Positions 38,338 through 48,018 of a DNA stretch of 64,000 nucleotides are shown here, piece after piece. The notes under the pieces were generated by a model. The model was not told the DNA's origin, did no database searches, and saw only the letters and a list, made by a program, of their open reading frames with translations. Position 1 is the first letter of the stretch. Every line of letters starts with the position of its first letter. Source of the stretch: Convolutriloba macropyga (taxonomy: Eukaryota); the NCBI RefSeq assembly GCF_964194025.1, contig NC_134472.1, positions 66,464,001 through 66,528,000 on the forward strand, given 5' to 3'. The position numbers and the translations under genes are program-made.

Positions 38338-38853
38338 AGACAATCTCATCTTCACGAACTTGATTGTGAATTATTGATGACATGGAGCTGTTTTCCATCC
38401 GAAGCACATAGACGAAGAAGAGCTGAAAAACAAATCGCCGGCAGAACCTGTTCGACAAGTCAGCACTTAGAAGACAACTTAAGCTACTATCCCGCTCATC
38501 AAACAAAAGACGAAATCACACAATTTTCTGCACATCATTAATGCCTCAGGGTCACTTCTTCAAGGGTTCGTTAAAACTTTCAAATTTTCTGCAGTAAATT
38601 TTAAAATGCCTTATATTTGATGAACGCTCAATCAAACAATCATTATGAATTTGATATCAATTTTAACTGAAATCATTTTGAATGGAGCGCAATGAATGAT
38701 GAATTTTATATTGAAGTCTTAGATCTTTGCTCATTTTCTAGTTCATCTTATCATCAATTGCAACTTAACGTTTTTAGAGTTAATCACTCGTAACTGCAAA
38801 AATCCTTACGTAAATTTTATCTGAACCTCCTTCAAAAATTCTAAAACTTAAGA

Positions 38854-40036
38854 ATGGCACAACCGAACATTAGTCTCAAAGCTTATGGCGGAACTGAGAA
38901 AGAAAGTTTTCATGAGTTTGAGAGACTTCTAAGAAGCATTATAGGCGTCGCAGCCATTGACGCAGGACAGCAAGCCAACTTCTTATATTTACATTTGAAA
39001 GAAGCAGCACTTAGATATTTTCAGACTTTAGATGCAGCAACGAGAGCAGATTTAGACTTAAGCTTAACAGCACTGAGGAATCATTTTTGTAATCCTCAAT
39101 TACAAGAATTACATGTCATTAAGCTTGAAAGCATCAAGTTTGATACTAAAACTGACACACCTGAGAATTTCTTAGTTATCTTGGAAAATATCGCGCTGAG
39201 AGCGTATCCGGATCCAACACCAGCTGTTGTTCCTCTAGCCAATCCAGCACTTGATGCAGATGATGAGAGAGATCGAGTAGAAGCAGCGAATGCCGAGAAT
39301 GCACAAAACTTACTTTTTGCACAAAGAGAACGTGAGCATCAAATTAAGCGCTACTTCAAAAAATGTATGCCGAGTTGACTCAGAGCCAAGTTGCTAGAAC
39401 AACCTGAAACTACAACTGTTGAAGAATTATGTCTATTAGCTCGAAAACAGCTAACTATTCACAATCTCTGTAAAATTGACGATAATGGAGGGAGTTTTCA
39501 GCGAAATGAGTAGCACCATTTCTGAAAACCTAGTTACAGCACTCTCAAAGCTAACACAAACTCAGGAGTCGATGGAAAACAAAGCAAATGCCCTAACAAA
39601 GCAGTTTGAGGAGCAGATACAAGTAAGAGAGCAACAGAGTTCAGGTTCAGGTAGCTCATATAATAACAGAGGTTCAAGAGGTAGATACAGAGGAAATTGA
39701 GGTTATAGAGGAAGATATAACTATCGAGGTAAAAATAATAGAGGACAAGGAAGCTATAATTATCAGAATAACTACCCCACACAACAGTTTGTCCCAGCAC
39801 AGTTCCAGAGTGACGAAAACAGTCAAAACTATAACGCGCAGGCTGAAACACAACCCTCCATACAAATTACTCCACCCGAACCTCAAAACCATATTGTTAC
39901 AACACAGTATGCACAGGTGTTTTGCTATAAGTGTGGTTATCCTAATCATCTTGCCAGTCAATGTTCACTAGGAAGAGGAGGTAGACGTCGAGGCGGAAGT
40001 AATTTCCCATTTCAAAAAGCGCCAAAAAACTATTAA
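38854..40036 (+). pseudogene. gag: gag (disrupted) with RG-rich region and CCHC zinc knuckle
   Basis: ATG at 38854; premature TGA at 39376 and 39698; frameshift near 39475; CYKCGYPNHLASQC (CX2CX4HX4C) at 39923-39964; stop TAA at 40034-40036. Confidence 0.9.
40024..40030 (+). promoter_or_regulatory. -1 ribosomal frameshift slippery heptamer A AAA AAC (gag-pol)
   Basis: In gag phase, just before the gag stop. The -1 frame is open from here into the protease ORF. Confidence 0.8.
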
Positions 40037-43000
40037 AGCCACAAGTTCCGCAAAAGTCCAATTATCATTGTAATAGCTTAGAAAATTCATTTTTAGAATC
40101 TAGAAAAAATTTCATTAATGAACAATTAACTGTAGAAGAAAATCAAGGTGAAGACGCTGAATTTTGCGCAGTTATACCTCTCGAAGGAGATGTCTTGAGT
40201 TACATTAAGTTAGATTTTGGCAAAAATTACAAAAGAAGAGCTCTCATTGATACTGGCTCTTGCGCAAATGCGATTCCTAAAAGTCTGTTAGATGATCTTG
40301 AAAACAAGCAGATAAAAGTTGAATTTGAAAATCCTGATTACACAGTTGTTAAACTTGCCTCAGGGGCAGCAGTTAGAGTGAACCAACAAGCTAAAATAGA
40401 GTTTAGTTTAGGAGATCATCATTTCAATGATTCATTCATTATTTTGCCAAAAATGAATAAAATTATACTGGGCAACTCCTTTTTTCGAAAGCACTCTATT
40501 GATATAAACCCGTCAAACAATCTGATTAAATTGCCCAACATGACGTATCATCTAAATGAAATAAAGCCGAAAAACAAACCCCGGAAAATTTTGAAAAAAC
40601 TGAAAAAATTATCTGTTTTTGCAAATAAAAAACAAGTTTTGAAAGCAAAAACACAGTCAATAATTGAGTGCTACATTCCTGATCAAAATGACCTAAGCCT
40701 TACTAACTGTAGTGGTGTAGTTATTCCTAACAAAAAGTTTGAAGAGAGAACAGAAATAGTTCTCTCATCATCATTGAGTACAGTTGACGAAACAAGAAAA
40801 ATTTATATTTCAGCCGTTAACCCTACGGATCATCAAATCATTGTTTCATACAATACAATAATAGCCAGTTTTGAAATTCTCAACCCAACTCAAGCTGAAA
40901 AACTGATTCAAATTGATCCGCAGCTTTTAGCTCTTGCGAAAATGAGAGATCATGAAAACATAGAAGCTGAACTAAATCAATTGATTCAGGATAAAAATTT
41001 CAATCAATCGAATGAACGTCCAAAACCAGAATACGAAAAACTATGGTTTCCAACTCCTGAAACCTGTCCTAACCCTGAAATGTTGTCCCCACTTGAACGT
41101 GAAATTTTTGATCAAATCCAAAATTTTCAAATGTTAGAAAAAATTGATCCTAAAGCAAGCAGTGAATACAGAGCACAATTCCTTCAACAATTCTCCTGGG
41201 AAAACTCCGTCCTTGAAAAGGGCCAAAAATTGCAAGTTGAGGAGTTATTAGTGGAATTTTCTGACATATTTGCGAAACATCGATTTGATGTTGGTTTTAA
41301 CACCGAACTCAAGATAAGGTTGACACCAGAACATGAACTTCCTGTTTACGTCCAAAGTCCACAAACGCCCATTCATTTGCGTGATGAACTTCTCGTTGAA
41401 CTTGATTTAATGCATTATTATAATTTAATAACAACCTTGTCACATTCAAAATACAGTAGTCCAATATTTGCTCAACGAAAGGAATCTGGTAGATTGCGAA
41501 TTTTAATTGACTTAAGGCGTATAAACCATCTATTAAGAAATGATTACATAAATAGTAATTTTCCAATTTCAAATATGAGTGATGCATCAAACCATTTTGC
41601 TTGCAAAACACTGATAAACAAATTTGATTGCTCACAAGCATACCATTGTGTACAAATGGCAGATGATCGCTCAGTTCAATTATTGGCATTTAACTATGCC
41701 TCTCGCACTTATGCCTATAAATGTCTAGCTCAAGGTCTAAGCAAATCAGTGACAGGATTTAGTGCCTTCATTACCCACTATTTAGATCCATGCTTAGCAG
41801 CTAACAATTGTACGCAGTACATGGATGACAAAGGCAGTGCCGTGAAAAACTTCGATGCGCTCATACCAAACCTAAGAAAAATTTTTGAGTGCATAAGGAG
41901 ATCAGGATTGAAACTATCTCCCGGTAAATGCGAAATTGGCACACAAAAAATCAAATTCCTTGGAAAGTACATCACACCCGATGGAGTATCAACTGAAAAT
42001 TCAAAAAAAGAAAAATTCCTTAAAAACTTGAAAATGCCTCAAACAGTCAAACAAGTAAAGCGTCTGGTAGGATTCCTTCAACTTTGGCGTGACTTTATTC
42101 AAACCTAGCTCAAAAACTGATGCCTTTCTACGAATTACTACGAAAAGACCAACAAGAGATGATAACTGAAAGACATGAAAAAAATCTTGAAATTTTGAAA
42201 AATGATTTGGTGAAAGCAACTAGCCTGACATTACGCTTAGCGAAACCTGGTCTACAGTATGTCTTGCTGTGCGATGCAAGCTACTATGGAACTGGTTTTG
42301 TTCTTATGATTGAAGATTACATCAAAACTCAAAACAAACAAAAGAAAAGTTATGCCCCGGTTGCTTTTGGCTCCAGACTATTTAATGCATCACAATTAAA
42401 ATTTTCAGTTTATTATAAGGAGTTTCTTGGACTATATTTTGCTCAAGATCATTTCTCTCATTTTATTTGGGGAACAGAAAAACCAGTTATCGTTCTTACA
42501 GATAACAAAAGCTAAACTCAATTTTTCCAAGCAAAAACTATTCCACCATCGGTTTGGAATTGCTTGGACCGGCTAATGTCATATAACTTGGTAATTGCTC
42601 ATATACCAGGTCGTGCAAACTACGCAGCTGATTTTTTATCACGTATACAAAGTGATCTGTCAACAACCCTGCAGTTAAAATTGACAGATAGAATTGCAGT
42701 ACGTGAGATTGAAATAGAATCAATAGCTAAAACACCGGATGCATCGCTAAGCTCAGTTGACTATATTGACAAATGTTTGATCAGCAAATATCTGCAATTG
42801 ATGAAAACACAATCACCAAATTAAAACAAAGTGGACTCAGCATTGACATTTTAGAACAAATAGAAAATCACAGATATTTGAACAATGCAAACAATGATGA
42901 AGTTCATGGACTAATACGCCTAATAAACAAAACTTGTCAAATAAATGAAAATTTGATGTTAGACCCAAAAGATCATTTGATCGACCTTGTGGAAAGAACC

Positions 43001-45597
43001 GATCATTTAGGTTTAAAAGACGAACAACAAAAGGATGAGACAATAAAAAGAGTAATTTCATGGAAAACTCGGGAACGAGTTGAAGATCTAACCTATGCAT
43101 CGTTTCAACTGAAAAAGTATTGAAAGCAATTTAATAGGTTGGTACTTCAAAACGGAGTTCTTTTCAGAAAATTTTTTGACGACACAGGAAAAATCAAAAC
43201 TCTGCAATTTTGTCTACCAAAACATCTATGGAGAGAAGTAGTTTATAGGCTGCATAATTCAAAGCTAGCAAACATGTGGGCATTGCAAAAACAGTGCAAG
43301 AGTTCAGAAAAAGATTTTACTTTCCCGGCTTCACAGAATATTTGATCACGATGATAAAAAACTGTCTTACATGTATTCAAACAAAAGCAATTTCAAACAG
43401 AGCACTTAGAACTTTTCTCCAGCCAGTTTCATCTCTGCAGTCTTTTCCTGGAGATATGATGCAAATCGATTTCGTGGGACCATTTAAGTCACCAGTTTAC
43501 AAGTACGCGTTAACAGGCATTGATGTGTTTTCTAAATATTTATTTCAAAACCACTAACAAGAGCAAGTGCACAAAAGGTAGCAACTGAATTAGCAACGAT
43601 TTTCTTCACACATAGTTACATTCCACATACGATTGTTTCAGATCTCGGAACAAATTTTGTGTCTGAATTAATGCATGAACTTTGCAAATTGTTAGAAATC
43701 AAGATAAACATGCTACATTAAAACACGCTAAAACAGTAGGGGTTGTGGAAAGATCACATGCAGCACTAAAAAGAATTTTAAAGTTAAACACAGATGAACA
43801 ATGGTCAAACTGGCATCTCAACGTACCATTAGCCACATTTATTCACAACACATATTACTTGTCAATAGGATGCACACCAACTGCTATTTTTCATGGACGA
43901 GAGCCCATCAAACCACTTGACATCCGATTTAATAAAAAAAACATCCAACTAATGGATCCAAAATCCAATTTTGTGACAGAGTTGCAAGATGCCACGCAAA
44001 TATTATTTTCACAAAACAAATGCAAACTAGTGGAAGCTTATCACAAGTTCAGAAAGTACTATGATGAAAAAGCGTACGCAAATCCTTTGCAGGAACACAG
44101 TTACTGTCTTTTACTCAACCCAAAATTTTCTCATCAGTCAGACTTTGGAAGCAAATCAATGCAGATATGGTTACCGTTGTATCGAGTTGAAAGAGGTTTA
44201 ACCAATTGGAACTATCTGATCAGAAAAATCGGCACGAATTTTACACAATGTGTACATAGAGTTCGACTACGAACCTATGAACCAAGCGAACCACCCATTG
44301 ACATTCAGGACGTGAGTGAGGCAAAATTTACACAAGATCCTCGTTTAGGAAAATACAGACAGGAACCCGAACTATTCGACAACAAAATACCAAACTTGTT
44401 GAATCATAACTTCATGGATGAAGCGCATCAATCAGACATATCCCCTATTTCAGAAGACCCAGTTACCGTAACATATCAATTTCCAGTTGCTGCAAGATTG
44501 GCACCGCAACCTAGACCAGCTCCAGTTGCACCTGCAGCAGCCCCAATTGAAATAGAACTTCAGGAACCAATTGAAGTTGTGGAACACCCACAGCCAGTCC
44601 AAAATGACCAAGTACACGAACCAGAGAACATTTTACCCAACGTAGTCTTTCCCTTTATTGAGTTTCCGGAAATTGAAAGGCAGAGACCAAATAGAGACAA
44701 TACAAACAATATGGCATTTAATGACAACGCTAAAGAACAGACAAATATTTTTCCCAATGAAACTAGAGAAAACCGCTCTTACGCCAAGACGTTCTCAAAA
44801 CAAACATGTCCAGTTTAGCCCGACATCTCATATACCTGCTCCTGAAAAACAAACAAGAGCTAAACCTAGACAGTTCGTAACGATAGATGGAAAAATCCTT
44901 ACTCCAATTAACTTAAGCCCAGGAGCTAAGAAAGACAACATTAAAAAATCCTATAGAAGCGACATGGAGAGAACCATTTTTCACCCAGGACCAAGACCAT
45001 CTAGAGCCACTAAAATGGATCAAAAACGAAGTGAAGAAGTTAAAAACACCAGGCAAGATACTGAGAAAGATCAAGCCCAAAGTTCAAGCACAGTAAAACC
45101 AATCGCACAAGTTGTATCTAGATTGAGAGGCAAGAAAGGCGGTGTTAATACAATAGAAAATCAAAAGCTTAGAGTTTTCTTTAGCCAGTCTAGCATCTCC
45201 AGTTTTGAGAACTCAATAGTACAATTGTTCGATAATCACGTTAAGGATTTGAGCTTTGAAAAACTTGGAATCCTAATAAGTGAGAAAGAGAGAGAGAGAG
45301 AGAGAATTAATTAGGAAAACTGACATGCCCAACGGTACAGTTGTATCAATTTGGGACTCAATTCGCAATCGTTATATCTACATTTTCAATGTAGATACTC
45401 TTGAATCGAGACCAATTTACCAGTCTATTAGGATGTGTTTCGATAACCTGAAAAAAGTAGTAGAGAAAAACAATGATGAAGTTATAGCAATCCCAAAATC
45501 AGAAATAAACTCAAAAGAATTTAGTTGGCCTACTCTGCTTAGAGTAGTAGTTAATGTTTTTTACCTCAGCAAATTGGATCTAATTTTCTTCGTTTAA
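40030..45597 (+). pseudogene. pol: pol (protease, RT, RNase H, integrase, C-terminal extension and macrodomain), disrupted
   Basis: ALIDTGS (DTG at 40249-40257); RT motifs SKYSSPIF, LRILIDLRRIN and YMDD (41818-41829); RNase H LCDAS; integrase HHCC plus QIDFVGP, IDVFSKY, IVSDLGTNF and VERSH. Split over several ORFs by stops and frameshifts. Confidence 0.93.
45160..45597 (+). pseudogene. TARG1/OARD1-like macrodomain at the Pol C-terminus
   Basis: GTVVSIWDSIRNRYIYIFNVDTLESRPIYQSIRMCFDNLKKVVEKNNDEVIAIPKSEINSKEFSWPTLLRVVVNVFYLSKLDLIFFV follows the OARD1 pattern GEVAVL..DGRYIYYLITK.....KPTYENLQKSLEAMK.HC.KNGV..LSMPRIGCGLDRLQWENV...IEEVF....I.I.VY (from memory). Frameshift in an (AG)n tract at 45287-45305. 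Confidence 0.7.
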
Positions 45598-46466
45598 AAA
45601 AATACAGAAAAACAAAAAATATATTATTGCACTAGAAACTCATCAAAATCACTTCATTCAATTACTCTATCAAATCGACAGTAGCAACTCTAGCTATCCA
45701 AAATAGATTGAATCGATGATCACAAAAATAACAACAGAAAAGCAATCGAATGTCATAAATTACATGTATTAAGATAAGTTATAGACTCAATGTGCCACAA
45801 AAAAAAATTGTAAAAGACTTTCTACAATTTTTAGCTAGCGATTGCCACCTCCTTTGACAAGAAAGCCACTCAAGAATTTTGCTCACCCAATTCGCAAATT
45901 TGAAAGAAGAACAGGTACAAAATGTTTCCTCCAATTTATTAAGATTATGAATAAACATAATTTTAATCACTTTTCCATAGTTTGAAAAATTATCAAGAAC
46001 CAGTCCTCATCAAGGCATTAGGCAACTCAGCACGAGTACACATGCCAATTTTGCTCACCCAATTATCAAAATTTAAAGATATACAAGCAAAAAAAATTTT
46101 CCCCATGTATTAATATAGGCTATAGACATGTAAATTATAACTTTTTTGTGATAACTATACCTGATGAAAAAATTATTAGCTCAGTGGATACATCTTAATA
46201 CCGGCCCATTATGAGCCAAATTTTATTAGTTAACAATGAATGCTCAGGAAATTACAAAAAAAAACATTTTTTAGCCAAATTTGAAACATTCGAAAACAAT
46301 AAAACTGCAAAAAACTATTAAAAGAAACACAATACTTTAAGAAAAACAAAGAAGAACACGAATCCCATATCACAGAAAACGAAATCAGAACACGAATCAC
46401 CATAGCAACTGTGTTACACATTTTCAACTTAAAAAAACGCAAAATTTTCAAAATATTTCACTAATT

Positions 46467-47083
46467 TTACGGACCACTTACCGGTTGTTTCATATTACGT
46501 TCCTTACAATCACCATCAATAGCAATTACACTCGTCATCGGGTTCCATACATTATTTTTCCTCTTCTCTTGAATTTTCATACCGACTGATAGAAGTGAAG
46601 CACAGCCATTATATAACTTCACCGTTATAACGCAATGTAACCAGCCGTATAGCAGGTATACTGTGTCACCCACACACATTGCCGACAGTAAAAAATCTTG
46701 CCGTCATAACGTTCTAAGCATTCCATGAAAGTGCTCGCCCGAACGAATTTTCTTTCAAGCACTCCAAATTCAGCAGATGGTGGGAAGAAAAACCAGTGTT
46801 TTTCACCCGAACCGTACAAAGTGATCAAACAATCAGTAGCCTCCATGAAGTCGCTATGCCATCTCGTAAAGTTCGGCTTATCGACAGTCAATAAGTACCC
46901 TCTGGACAGCGTTGAAATCTCAGAACCATTGGGAATAGTGTACCTCAAAAAATCAGGTTTTGTTATTTCGTCAAATGAAAATAAACCCATATAAACATTT
47001 GCACCGGAGTCAGTTAGTCGTTTTCCAGAAACCATGAACCGGTTTTCAAAGTTTTCGATTTTTACTAACCGATCAATGCAGCG
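46467..47083 (-). pseudogene. JmjC-domain (Fe(II)/2-oxoglutarate dioxygenase) cargo gene, antisense within the LTR element; one 2-nt frameshift
   Basis: ORFs 47035-46625 and 46679-46467 join when one dinucleotide is removed from the (CA)4 tract at 46671-46678. The result is YLLTVDKPNFTRWHSDF...GSGEKHWFFFPPS...FYCRQCVGDTVYLLYGWLHCVIT, with the HxD...H triad and the 2OG-binding Thr and Lys present. Confidence 0.85.
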
Positions 47084-47583
47084 CTAAAACAAATTTTTTT
47101 ACAAAAACAAATTTTTCTACAAGGAAATGTAGGTCTGATGATTTTTAAAAGACAACAGTTAACATGATTATCAAAAACGTGAATTGAGAAACTATCACCT
47201 AATGATTTTTGTCCTTGTATTGAACAGCTTTGCAACCAGCGACCAACGCAGGAACGGTTCTTTCAATATCATGCACTGAACCGTAACTAGTGACAGCTTT
47301 GGTGAGAGAAGCAGCATTATCGCAAATGGTTAATAGAACATCGGAATTTTGATTAGATCGCGTTGATCTCTTCACACTTTTCTCTGGAAAAATCGAAACC
47401 TCTTGTTAATAATTTTTTAGAAAAATCATTGAACTTTAGATTGAGCGTCCATCAAGACCTAGTAGAAACAAAATTAAAGAGTACAAAAGTCAATTAGCCT
47501 TAAAAAGTGGAAGAGCAAAACACTAAAACAACTCTACAAGTTTAAAGAAGTTCTACAAGTTCAAAGTCCAAGTTCACTTAAAA

Positions 47584-47868
47584 CTAGTATCCTAGCTCAG
47601 TCAGTTTGTAGACTGCAAAAATGAAGCAGAATTGAATCTGCTTACAGCAGCAACAAACGCTGAGGAGTACAACAATTAGTCCCAGCCAATTGAAGTCGTC
47701 CTCAGCTGGCCCACATACAATAGGTCGAGCCTCCGACCACACCCTTCGTCCATTGAATTCGTAATAAGTGGCATTAACACAGCAGTTGAGAACATGGCCA
47801 CGCCAAATCACACTTGTGCAACAATAGGCAGCACTCACAAAAGCAAGAAGCAAAACAATTTTCAACAT
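47584..47868 (-). CDS. Small Cys-rich predicted type I membrane protein (94 aa), antisense cargo of the LTR element
   Basis: Intact ATG-to-stop ORF: signal peptide MLKIVLLLAFVSAAYC, Cys-containing ectodomain with N-glycosylation sequon NAT, hydrophobic segment WLGLIVVLLSV followed by CCCC. It lies just downstream of a TATA+Inr. Confidence 0.65.
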   Translation of the reverse strand: MLKIVLLLAFVSAAYCCTSVIWRGHVLNCCVNATYYEFNGRRVWSEARPIVCGPAEDDFNWLGLIVVLLSVCCCCKQIQFCFIFAVYKLTELGY

Positions 47869-47888
47869 GTTTCAACTGAAAATGGGTA

Positions 47889-47934
47889 ACTTACCAAGTA
47901 ACTGAACTCAACACAATCACATTACCTGTTTATA
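47889..47934 (-). promoter_or_regulatory. Internal antisense Pol II core promoter (TATAAA at -31, Inr TCAGTT) followed by a consensus splice donor
   Basis: Minus strand: TATAAA at 47934-47929, TCAGTT at 47905-47900 (A+1 = 47903), G|GTAAGT with GT starting at 47894. Confidence 0.6.
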
Positions 47935-48018
47935 CTCACAGAAAACTAATTGTTTTGAAGATTTGAATCTGAAACACAAAAAGTGTAAGTTAGCACGTAA
48001 AACAAAATTTTATTTAGA

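Noticed and set aside
38083-38506. Minus-strand ORFs in the 5' LTR/leader, mirrored at 50711-50914
   Set aside because: They are duplicated only because the LTR is duplicated, and they show no recognisable protein features.
47876-47894. GT...TTTTCAG micro-intron upstream of the small membrane ORF
   Set aside because: At 19 nt it is too short for a normal spliceosomal intron. The donor more plausibly pairs with a distal acceptor.
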